Assembly: GCA_025201805.1 (NCBI GenBank)
Contig: MU619393.1
Span: forward strand, 1 to 64,000
Reading direction: 5' to 3'
Source of the DNA: Parasitella parasitica NRRL 2501
Lineage: Eukaryota > Fungi > Mucoromycota
DNA length: 64,000 nt
Both the position numbers and the translations under genes were made by a program. Under the pieces are notes generated by a model, which made no database searches, was not told the DNA's origin, and was given only the letters and a program-made list of their open reading frames with translations. Below, piece by piece: positions 14,601 to 27,932 of the stretch (position 1 is the first letter of the stretch; every line of letters begins with the position of its first letter).

Positions 14601-17074
14601 CAGTATGATGTGATGCTGCAGTTTACGAAGCTGGATCAGGAGTTTGACCGCTTGCAAAAGTCAAATATGCGCCAAGATCAACAAGAAAGCAGCTTTTTAG
14701 AAATATACAATAGCTTGATGAAGTCTGTAATCACTTCGGTCGATAAATTTTTGATGGAGACAGCTCATGACTCTGTTGCATCTACTCCTCATGAGCAGTG
14801 GTTCCAGAAAACATATGGCAAGCAGCTTATCCATGCGTGTAATATGCTTCAAAAACCTACCTCTATGAAGAACTACCGACAAGGATGGGAATGCTTTCAG
14901 CAGGCAAGTGAAAAATATTTGTCCGATTTCGTTTCACGTACTGATACAATGTTGACAGTTCCACCGTCAGTTAATGGCAGAAACTCACAAAGTTCGAATC
15001 TTGGAGCTCTCCCGAGTCTCGCCTTATCTTCATAGTATGAAAGACACTCCCATCGGTCTTCCTGGTCAAAATGAAGACGAAGAATCGTGCTTCATATATT
15101 CATTTGGCTCCAATGTCGTTGTATTACCCACGAAGACCAAACCAAAAAAGCTCGATCTCAAGGGCTCTGATGGTAAAAAGTATTCCTATCTGTTCAAAGG
15201 GCTCGAGGACCTCCATTTGGACGAGCGTATCATGCAATTGCTGACAACAACCAATGGACTATTGAGCGAAAATGGAGCTACTGCTCTCCGTGGCTTGCGC
15301 GCCAGAACGTATGCTGTCATTCCACTGAGTGATCATTCAGGTATGATTCAATGGGTTAATGATGCTACGCCATTTTTTGCTTTGTTCAAGAAATGGCAAA
15401 AACGCGAATCCACTGCTTATATGCTCTTGAACAATGACAAGCCAAACGAAGCCTACATGCAGACTCTCATGCAACGGCCGACTGAACAGTTTACAGCCAA
15501 GGTGGCAACTATTCTCAAAGCTGCTGGTCTCCGAGTAACCGCAAACAGAAGATACTGGCCGAAAGAAGTGCTGAAAAAAGTCTATCTTGAGCTTGTAAAA
15601 GAGACTCCTGGTGATTTGCTTCAAAAAGAAATTTACTATTCAAGTTCTAGTGCTGCAGAGTGGTTCAAAAAAAGCACCTCATTCGCACGTTCATTAGCAG
15701 TTACCTCCATAATTGGTTACATCATTGGTTTAGGTGATCGACATTTGGATAATATGCTGATTGATTTCCGCTCTGGGGAGGTAATTCATATCGATTATAA
15801 CGTTTGCTTCGAGAAGGGTAGACGACTTCGTGTGCCTGAATTGGTGCCTTATCGTTTGACTCAAAACTTGTATGGAGCATTGGGAATCACAGGCGTAGAT
15901 GGGCAGTTTAAAGCAGCTGCAGAAGAAACCCTGCGTGTACTAAGGAAGCACAAGGAAGTCTTGATCACTTTATTGGATGCTTTTGTGTATGATCCTTTGG
16001 TTGACTGGGAAAGTGAGGCAATGGAGACAGGTTATAGACAAATGATGGAATTACAAGCCAATCTTAGTCTGGTCGCTACTCGTGTTATCAAGAAGCAAGC
16101 TGAACAAGACAAAGAGCGTAAGATTATATTAGGAAGTCTTTCCGGATTAAGACATAATCTACATCAGTGGCAGGAATCTATGCTTATCGAGGCAGATACA
16201 TTAAATGCAGAGGATGGTAGCGATGACGACGAACAAGGTTTAGATCAGAATTCAATGTTGTCTTCTCGTATTGAAGGCGAATATTCTACGTTTATGGGTA
16301 GACTTCCAGTCTATTTGCTCCGAGAAGTAAAATCTCATTTAACCAATGTCTATTCACTTGTGCGAGATTCTCGATCTTCAGTTGAAGGAATTGCACCACT
16401 TTTAGAATCGATTATTATTATTGAAACAGATGCCGATAATGAATTGCGTCCAGCTCAGAATAGTGCAAAGGTTAGTGGTAGTTTACAATATCACCGTACG
16501 ATCATAGTTTCATTTATTTGCAATTGTAGATTGCCTTGGATGCCACAATTGTCATTACTACTGAACTCAAGAATTTTGATAAACAGTTAAATGAAAAGAT
16601 AAATTACGAGTCGGAATGGACATATTCTCAACTATTAGATTTTATTGAGATCATCTCAAAATCTGTACAAGATTATTTCGCTGCATTGAGAACTTTGGAA
16701 GAGTTTGGTCCTGACGGTATCAAAAGCAACGCAACATCAGCTGCTCTTGAAGACGAAGAAACGAATAATGTGAATGAAGATGTTAGAAACTCGCATCAGC
16801 AAACATCACAGGATCCATGTAAGTGATGAGTTATACGGTTATTCTATTAAATAGGGTGTATTCATTTTGCTATTTATCCACAGTTCTCGTAAAACCTGTA
16901 TCAAGCAGCCACGTTACAAAGATTATGAAAAGGATTCGATCCAAGCTTGATGGATTAGATTTCGGGATTCAGCATAAAATGAGTGTATCTGAACAGGTTG
17001 CAAGATCGATAGAACAGGCTACATCTGTTGACAATCTGTGTATGATGTATGAAGGTTGGACCAGTTGGGTATAA
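8672..17074 (+). CDS. SMG1: Serine/threonine PIKK kinase SMG1 (nonsense-mediated decay kinase), many introns
   Basis: Kinase motifs LPTKTKPKKL, YLFKGLEDLHLDERIMQLL, GLGDRHLDN, HIDYNVCFEKG, VPYRLTQN and FVYDPLVDW. N-terminal LRTPFGGPQQTF; FATC ending LCMMYEGWTSWV*. These motifs are SMG1-type rather than TOR/ATM/ATR. Confidence 0.92.
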
Positions 17075-18079
17075 GGAGTTTGATCGTCAGAGTGCGCATG
17101 TAATCTGCATTTAAGAATATTATACAATAGTGAGAGAGAATATACAAAAAGGATAGGATAAAGAAAAAGAATGGCGGTGTTGAGGCATCTCCACCACCAC
17201 TGCCTGGATTATATACATAATGTTATATCATCTTACTTGAATAAAACCAAGAACCTCTACATAATCCATCTTATGAGGCTATTATAACAATTGGTCTGGC
17301 TGCAAACAGATCAGCTTAGTAGAAATTATGCGTTTCCATGCAAGGACGTAATAGGATTTATCCTGATACTTTATGATGCTCGGATTACCAGCAATTAAGC
17401 ATATGACGGATTAAATCATTCAAATTATGTCAGTACAATTTTTGTAGAACTAAGGAGCACTTTTATGCAAATAGATAACTAACACAAGAACACAGCAAAA
17501 TAAACACAATTCAGCGAGGAATAGAGTTTAATGTTTTGTTTGGTTTTTTAATTCCCATTCAAGTTTCGTATTTTTGGGAAGTCGGTATTAAATCAGGTAT
17601 ATCTTATTTTCAAAAACTAATTAAAAATATATATATGCTTTAGAAAACTATAAAAAAAATATGTGCGTATGCAACAAAGCGTGAAATAAATGGTCATGTA
17701 TTTTGATTTGAAATAAGAGCTCTTTCAACAGAGTAAATCATGTTGAAAGTCGGGCGAAATAGCTTGAATCAACCAAATTAGGAGATTCGAAATCCAAAAA
17801 AGGCGATTTTTCAAGTTGAACACTCCGTTCTATTTAATAATAGCCGAGTTACATCTTCACTTGTAAGTATTTAGCTGTAATTTGTTTATCCTTTTCTCTT
17901 CTTTTATTATTATTACCCTTTATTTTCTGATCCTCTTGATATATCCAGTCTTTTTCTTCCCTCATCATGACATTTAAAGGACTTAAAATAAAATATGGAG
18001 CATGTCCTCCCTTACAAAAAAAAAAAAAAAAGTTCTATTTAATTAATAATATGTTAACGAACAGCTTTAATGATAAACA

Positions 18080-18377
18080 GAAATTTGCTTTTATAAACAC
18101 AATGCTAATCAAAGAGAGTTTTTTTAGAAATGATGAAAATTGATTTATCAGAATGAGAAATTACTCAATTAAAACGGTTGTGACTTAATCATGTAAAAGT
18201 ATCATTTATTACATTAAATATGATGGTTTATATACTAGTAAATTTAAGTGGACTGATGTGGGAACAGGATGTAATTGCGAGGCATGGTATGACTTAGAGA
18301 ATGGAACGATAGAATGTATCTATTATCTATGAACATGCCATGTTGAATTATAAATATGGAACACGATCCATTGGGAT
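18080..18377 (+). pseudogene. Decayed coding relic, copy A (keeps a 62-nt GT..AG intron at 18177-18238); homologous to 49669-49880
   Basis: Aligns by eye with the reverse complement of 49669-49880 (shared TTTATCAGAATGAGAAAT, TAAGTGGACTGATG, AGAGAATGGA, TTATAAATA.GGAACA.GATCCATTGGGAT). In-frame stops are present. Confidence 0.7.
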
Positions 18378-18484
18378 TGTGAAATACATTCACCATGATG
18401 ATCTGCCTTCCACTTCTAGATTCATCCAGTTACCTTAAATTGATATAAACTACATATGCGCACAGATAATAAGATGTGCAATAC

Positions 18485-18880
18485 AGATTTATACTATATA
18501 AGATATAAGCTAGAGACGGCACCATTAGGATGGATGACGCTATAGACTGATACTTATATCTCGACACGAGCCTTAGACATTTATTAGATTTAGTATATGC
18601 TACGAGCTTATGCTATATAAGATCTATGCTTCAGATGCGTATTCCCAGTTTCTAGATACGCACTACAAGACATATACTTATATCCATGATACTAGCTACA
18701 GATACATCATGTACTACAGACTTGTACAATATGTGCAATGCTATAGATATGCTCATGACATGCTATAGTCATGCTTCATATACCAATATATGCTAAGATG
18801 AATACCAAGTGATATACACTCAGACATGTACTATTAATATAGACTGAATAAGACTATACAAGAGATGATATACGCTAATG
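18485..18880. repeat. Degenerate tandem array of ~11-14 bp units (approx. AGAYAYRTRCTAY)
   Basis: Recurring units such as AGATCTATGCTTC, AGATACGCACTACA, GACATGCTAT and AGACATGTACTAT, with many indels. No ORF of 60 aa or more in the track. Confidence 0.6.
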
Positions 18881-19084
18881 GATCGATATTAATAATCTTC
18901 GCATAGAAGATTGATCAGGGTACGTCGGGTGAAGACTATATCTACTCACTCAGATAGATCTATAAGTTATGTTTAGTCTGCTGAGATGTCGGTTAGCACA
19001 AATTTAAGATGCTAATCAATCAGAATCATTGTGCACGTTAAATTACGAGAATAGAACATTTATCCATAGCTTGAGTATATGAAG

Positions 19085-19111
19085 GTTCATCTACCTGGCC
19101 AGTAGATGAAC
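19085..19111. repeat. Near-perfect palindrome/hairpin
   Basis: GTTCATCTAC-C-TGGCCA-GTAGATGAAC. Removing one C gives a perfect 26-bp palindrome. Confidence 0.85.
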
Positions 19112-21362
19112 GGAAGCTTTATACACCTGTCGATTTGATAATAAAAACCTATACCTTTATCAAGTTGACATTATTGTTTTTTTATTATATTTTTTTCCGT
19201 GAATCCATATAGCAACTATGCCGATTCCACAGGCTGCGTTGATACTACCAATTACTTCCGAAATAATAAAGTGTCTTACAACAATATCATTTCCACTGCA
19301 AGATAGGAAATATTTCTTTTTAGATTCTTCTTGGGCATTTGCGAAACAAATGCATTCGGTGCTTATTAGTTTTTATTGATATTGGGAATATCACTCATGA
19401 CAATTTTAAGGGTACTTCAGCTTGGGCATTTTTGAAGTATTGTGGGGCGTTAAACTTCGACCCTGCTGTAGAAAGTAATCCTCTGGTAAGCATTGATTAT
19501 TAAAAAATAATAACAATTGCCAGTATTTGTGGTTGATGAGCAATAATAACTATAAACATTAGATTAGTTCGGTAGGCGTTATAATGATTTTCGTGCAAGT
19601 GGTACAAGGTTCGGAAAACTGTGCAGCTGCAACCCAGGTACATCCATGTATAAACCTTATCATATAACTCGCATTTGCAAGAAGCTTGACCTTGTCAAAA
19701 CGTATTAGAATTTAATTAATAAGCTTGAACCCGCCTCCATATACTTTTTTGTTCAAAGCAGCATTACCAATGATAGATTGAAAAGTCGGCCGATGTGGGC
19801 CGATTGAATTTCAGGAAAACAATCTCTGATAGCACATTTTTCACTTTTTCTGAACAAAACAAAAAAACTTGGAAGCACAATCACCTTCAGTGTGTATGAT
19901 TGAAATCTTGTACCACTAATTATAGTGTGTAACAAGTACAGTTATTGCGCAGAAAACAATGTTATCAATTAGAAATGCCAATTTGACGTTAACATAATAC
20001 AGCATTGTACCCTTTTACTACTAGGTAATTGTACTCTATCACAGTTTGTATCTGGTAATTTTGATAGTCTCTATTATTTTCCCTTTTTTTTTTTTCATAT
20101 ACCAACCATCTGTTGCGCTTTTTTCATGACCTGGCACAACAATGTTGATTCCGTTTACATAAAGACAATAATTTGAATAAAAAAATACCAAAAAAAAAAA
20201 AAACAAACAAATAGGAAGCAGAGCATAAATCCTTAAAGTAATTTGGGTGTGTCTTACTTGCTTGATTAAATAAATCTTTGCTTCCCCCTCGTTAAAAGCA
20301 TAATAATGTCTCAAATGCCTAATATGTTTAATCACTTTTATGTAATTTTAATAAAATAAGGCACCTTCTTGCACCAAATTATGCTTTTCTTGTACCGTTT
20401 TATAAATCAGGCATATTTAAATATAATATACTGGGCTTCTTTTGTCTTATATTGATTTTGCAATGATCAAAATACCAAATAGATACAGAGAGGATGTCTT
20501 TGAAATGCAGTGCAAATTGAATTAATGTCATTGATTTGGTTGAGCGATTTTGATACACTTTGGTGAAATAAGGAACATGGTGTAATATTAGGCAGCCATG
20601 AATCGCTTGACCCTGCAAATTTTACTATAACTTACGTAAGCACTATCTACTTGATCAAATAAATCTATTATAGAGGTACAAATGATGGGTAAAATAAACA
20701 AATAGGTAACAATAAAAACAATTTCCACTCACATTCAATGTGGGACATGTACTAGGCCCAAAATTTCCTGTTTACGTATCAGCAAACATGATGCCATGAT
20801 GATGATCTAAATTGAAAACGAGTTTTACATTGGGAGCACCGCATTTTCTGGTATGTGTGCATGTCATACTAAAATGCACCTTTTTTTTTTTTTTTGTTCA
20901 GACAGCCAGCTTAAGACAAAATGTTCAAGATGTGGCTATCAAGATAAACTAGTTCCTATCCATAATAGTAATATGATAGCAACCATAACCATCTTTTGTG
21001 AAACATATAATGCCCTATATTTTGAATCTCCATATAAAAGACTCTCTTATTATTAGACCGATCACCAAGTTTTGGACCGTGCGGATGATGTAAGAGATGT
21101 GTAAATGTTGCTGTGTAACTTTTTCCGTGCTGATTTGGGGTTAAGAGAACTTTATCAATACGTAAAAAAAAATTGACTCAAATTATCAACATGAATTGTT
21201 TTTTCCTTGAAAGTAGATTAAAAAAGTTTTCTCGCATGATAATACCGTATAAACAATTACATCGGTTGTTTCGGGAAATCTAAAGAAACACAAAGATTGG
21301 AAAGGCGTTTTACCCGCGTGTGGTCTGCGGAGTGTGTTGGGCTATTTTCCTGGATTGATCAA

Positions 21363-21420
21363 GCATATATAAATGATCATTGTGTTTTTCTAGTCTCTCT
21401 TCTTCTCTTTCTTAATCTAA
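21363..21420 (+). promoter_or_regulatory. Putative TATA box plus CT-rich tract of the UGP1 core promoter
   Basis: TATATAAA at ~21366 followed by a pyrimidine-rich tract, ~80 nt before ATG 21450. Confidence 0.5.
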
Positions 21421-21449
21421 CCTCTATTGATTTCAACTAACACTGTAAC

Positions 21450-23311
<1,862 letters not shown>

Positions 23312-23462
23312 GCTATATAACTATTCCCATTACACTCTTCCACCTCTCTCTCTTTTTTTTTTTTTTTTTATTTTTTTTTTAAACATATACTGTAACTTCT
23401 TCATAACCCATCTGCATTTTTCGTTTTGGAAGACCAAATCAAATAAACTTGTTTATTATCTA

Positions 23463-24192
23463 TTAATCCATGTTCTTCTGGATCTTTTCTAGTAAGACAT
23501 CCATCTGTGATGCCATTTTGGGCTGGCCCTTCTTTGTCCTTGCCAACATTTTGCTTCTCTGCTGACTTCTTTCTTTATAATAGCTGATGCGAGCTTTCTT
23601 CTCCTGCTTGTATTTCATTTGGCGTTCTTCCCTTTCATTTAATGATTCCTTTTTGAGCTTTTCACGTTCTTCTAATTGTGCTTTGAATGGATTTGGCTTT
23701 AATGATTTTGCTGATCTTTGCATTTTTCGAGATTTTTCTCCGCTATCACTGCCTTCATCGTCTTTATCGTCTTCATCGTCTTCATTATCTTCCTCGTCTG
23801 AAGAAGATTTGTCCAAGTCAAACTCTTGTTCCTGTTCCTCATCTTGGTTTCTTTTTAATTCAACCACATTTCCATCTTTATCAATCGTACGCTCTGCGCC
23901 GAAAATCTAATTAAAGCAGTATTAACGAGTCTAGACTTCCCCAAGTTTTAGCTGCTATATTACCTCTTTAACATAATCCGGTGTACTGTCGTTGGTATTT
24001 TTATTGAGTTCTTTGTAATATTCACTCTTTACTTGGGCCTTGTGTATGAGATCATACTTTCTTTTCTGTTCTGGATAATATTCTACAGTGTCAGTGATAG
24101 GCAACAAGTGTCCGTGCATTTCAAATCTTACGCTTTCTTTGTAAGGCTGTTAGAGGCTTTCTAGGCTTTTTCGCGTGAGGTTTAGGAGGCAT
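23463..24192 (-). CDS. FYV7: rRNA-processing protein Fyv7/TAP26-like, multi-exon
   Basis: Small charged protein starting MPPKPHAKKP (ATG 24192), with HKAQVKSEYYK and C-terminal RTKKGQPKMASQMDVLLEKI, as in the Fyv7 family. Confidence 0.7.
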
Positions 24193-24351
24193 ATTTTATA
24201 ATGTCAATCGTGAAATGGATAAAAAAGAATGAATAACTGTATAAAAAAATATTGGAAAGCCAGTCTTTTCATGCGATATTGATAGGTGGCTTGACTTCTC
24301 AACATCTAATCAAGCACATAAATCATCCTTGTTCTCTGTAATAAGGGAGGT

Positions 24352-26165
24352 TTATTTAGCACGGCCATTCTCAGCAGATAACAACTCTATATCTGCGAAA
24401 TCAGTAGCCATGCTCTTTGCATCATGTGTAGTATATATAACATAGATGATCAGCGATGATATTAGGGACGAAGCTACGAATATTATATCCGACCACCGTT
24501 TGAAATAATCAAATTCTACTGATTGCAGGGAAGAAGAAATCAAGTATCTATGCGTATACCTTAATCAGAGAATCCAGCAGAAGCATCAAGGGCCATTACA
24601 TACCTGTATTCTGGGGGCAAGCTCATTTGCATCATCAAAACCGAACTTAAAAAGTACATTCCCATCATATGAGCAACAAACAGTAAAATACTGCCGGCAG
24701 AAAAGGTTACTTTAAGCGTGAATACTCGAAGCACTCGAGTCAACAGCTTTACAAACCCTCGCACAGAACCAAATACAATGATGCCCGCAAACCAAAAGCT
24801 AAGTTGCTGAGACCAAAAGACAGGGTCGATTTTAAAATCGACATTGTTTCTTTCCAAATGTCCCATCATCGCCGATAGTAATTTTGTTATGGGATCAGAA
24901 CTACCTGATCGTTGCAACAAGACGTTGAACGTTGTCTGCGTGAATCTATTAGGATAGCGCGGGGAACGGGTCATGAACACTTACGACAATTAACCTGTAG
25001 ATGCAGTAAATGGAGAATATCCAGTCGACAATCCCCCATATTTGACCTTTCCAAGTCTGTGAAAATCTACTCTTGGCCCTACCACGCTCCAATTCATCCA
25101 GATCAGCTTTCATACTAACAGCTAATCCTTCCAGCTGTTCGATTTCCGTTTGCAATAACCTAATTTCTACATGAAAAAAAAAAAAAAAAAAAAAAATTAG
25201 AACACATGTCAAATACCTACGCCTAAAAATTACCACTATGGCCGGGCCCAGTTATTGAGGATACCATGCGGGTAAAAAAACCACCCCGTGATGACGATGC
25301 CTTGTTTGCGTTTGATATACTGTCTTGATTCTGCATCTTTTCTAATAACAACTTCATTTCTTGAATCCTGCTTTCGGTTTGCTGATAAGCATGCTCGGCC
25401 ACTGTGAAATCCTGTTCATTAACATGTCTTTTGTATGACGCCCATGTATTGAATGGGGCGTTTACCACACCAAATCCAGACAATATCGAGATAATTGTTA
25501 TTCCAACAACACTAATACGAATAATACTGAGCTCAACCCATGATGTTGTTGCTTTACAGATGTGTTTTTAGTGTGTGTGTGTCTGTGGACGCGGAGATTT
25601 ACAGTAGCATAATGATTACCTATAACCGCATACTGCTTTATTTGACTGAACAAATAGAGGTAAACGGCACAAAATGCCGTTGCTGAATAGACCGATATTT
25701 TGATTCTCCAGCCTATACCAATGTTAGCCTGAATATTAAATACCATTAATAAACCAAACAAACCTCTAGTTATATGAAAAAAGACATACAGTTGAAACCA
25801 AGGTAAAACCACGATGACAAGTAACAGCAGCAGGTCGAGATTGAGTTTCCAATACTGTGAGCGTGCACTATTTATATGAATGAAGAAATGAGGGACATCA
25901 AATTAGTTTTTCTTTATGCTGTTATGAACACCACGACTTACGTATTCGAGAATAGATTGACTATCTCACTAAATACGAGCAAAAACAAAGTGCAGGAGCT
26001 ACTCAGTGTCAGTGAGAATAACGTGTGCGGTATATACAATGGATGCTTGAATGCAATGGGTGAAGGTACATTATAGTCATGGAATAGGAGCTTGGCGACG
26101 TTTGTCGATCCAACTGTTAGCAGAGTGAGTTGTATCGAAATAAAGATAAATGTATCAAAAGTCAT
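24352..26165 (-). CDS. GPR89: Golgi pH regulator GPR89/GPHR (GTG/ABA-GPCR family), multi-exon
   Basis: LFHDY..LFSLTLSSSCTLFLLVFSEI, LSGFGVVNAP, FSQTWKGQ..IFSIYCIYR, DPITK, FWSQQLSF, MGMYFLSSVLMM..LPPEYR. Most plausible start is MTFDTF at 26165. Confidence 0.9.
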
Positions 26166-26260
26166 TGCACAAGAGGAAAAGAGTGTAGAAAATAGATTAT
26201 TGAAACATTTTATTGGTAAAATGCCACCTATTTTTAGTTTCTTTGTATTATTATTTACAT

Positions 26261-27383
26261 TTATTGTTGCTGTCTCCATTCTACATAATCATCAAAGAGA
26301 ACAGGCCCTAAATAGACAAACGAGTAAGAATAAATGCTGCTGAAAAAAATACCAAGAAAATACACCTACATGATGATGTGCTGTCGTAAGTTGAAAGGTC
26401 TTGAGGAACTGCTTTGCAAAAATCAAGCAAACTAGACCATTGGTCTTTATTGATTACTTTGACAGGTTTCTTTTCCTTTTGGCCGTAGATGTCAATCAAA
26501 TTGAATGCCAAGCGATGAAAAAAAAAAAAAAAAAAAAAAATGACTTACTTGAACAAACTGTACAAAGGACTTGCTTATAGGGTATTCGTGTTCTAACAAG
26601 AGGCGCCAAAGAGCAGTTGCCATCTACACTCACGCTTATATCAGATAATGCTTAATGCAGCCATTCCTACATCTCACCTCTACTTCCATACTCTTTTGAC
26701 CTTTTGATTTGACATAATTGAAAGTAAAAAGATATAATTGTTTGAACTGGGTCTCGTCTTGAGAAATTTGCGTTTCCCAATCATCCAGTACTTTCTTGAA
26801 ATCAGCTGCAGTTGTAATACTGCATTTTGCAAATGCGTCAGTGCTCTACACATTGATATATCGTTATTGAACTTGTTCGTACCCGGCAGCTTCCATTGCT
26901 TTGATCCATTCCTCCTTTGTAATGTAACCCATACTACTTGCTCCCATTTTCCATCCAACAATGATAGGTACTATCTATATACATATACAGCCCATGTTAT
27001 TGTTTGCGCATCAAATTTACTCGCTTTGACGTACACTTTCCAAGGAAATGCCTAAATCTCCAAAGAGTTTCTGACAGCCATCAGGAGGTATAACGTTTGG
27101 ATTATCTTTGTCTGTATATTTTTGAAACCACTTTATACGTTTATCTGTATCGGATTTTTGCTATAAACATATGCAGGGCTGGTCAGGTTCAACAACTACC
27201 ACAAATTCATACACACTTACTTGAGCTGTACTATGTATTATGTTAAACAAAGAACGTAAATCAAAAATTGTTTGCGTGCAAAAAACCTATTTACTTTACT
27301 TACGTTTGTCTCTTTTTTTGGATCTTGACTTTTCTTGGTATTATAGTCGATTCCCTTGCAGAAGCTTTACGTTTTGGCGGCAT
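26261..27383 (-). CDS. DCN1: DCN1-like neddylation co-E3 (PONY domain, basic N-terminal NLS, DCUN1D4/5-like), multi-exon
   Basis: Starts MPPKRKAS; IPPDGCQKLFGDLG; VINKDQWSSLLDF; spliced end SSWPVLFDDYVEWRQQQ* (TAA 26261-26263). No N-terminal UBA, so it is a paralogue type. Confidence 0.88.
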
Positions 27384-27752
27384 CGTTGTGCTGTGTGTGT
27401 TTGATTGTTTTTGGAAAAAAGAAAAGCTGTCTTTCTATATTATAATATATTGCGTAAAATAAATATGGTTCCTCTACGCGCACCAGATGCAAGGTGCAAC
27501 CCGAGATCTGGAACAGAGCAAATAATCAAAAGATTAACCTGCGCAACATTGCAGTTGTATTTCATGAATAGTGTGCTCTTTACAAATATACAGGTGAATG
27601 CCCTTATGCATGTGTGTTCATGTACAAGGTAATTTCTTGAGACCACTGCCAGCCGTTGAAAATATTTTAATAACCCAAATAGACATGATGTAAATGAACA
27701 GTTTGAGATAGTTTTTTGTTTATTAAATTATTAACATACAAGAACAATAATA

Positions 27753-27756
<4 letters not shown>

Positions 27757-27791
<35 letters not shown>
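27757..27791. repeat. (GA)n microsatellite
   Basis: About 17 uninterrupted GA units. Confidence 0.95.
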
Positions 27792-27793
<2 letters not shown>

Positions 27794-27932
27794 TGGACAA
27801 TGTTGAAGGATTGCTACTCGTTACAGAGTAAAAATGAGCATAATATAATAATGTCTCTAGCCATTAGTATGCAGGGATATAGATAGTCAATGATTTAGAT
27901 AGCATAATACGGTAAATGCATGGACATACATT

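Noticed and set aside
18485-18880. CRISPR-like array
   Set aside because: Units are short, degenerate and contiguous with no unique spacers. There are no cas genes and the context is eukaryotic.
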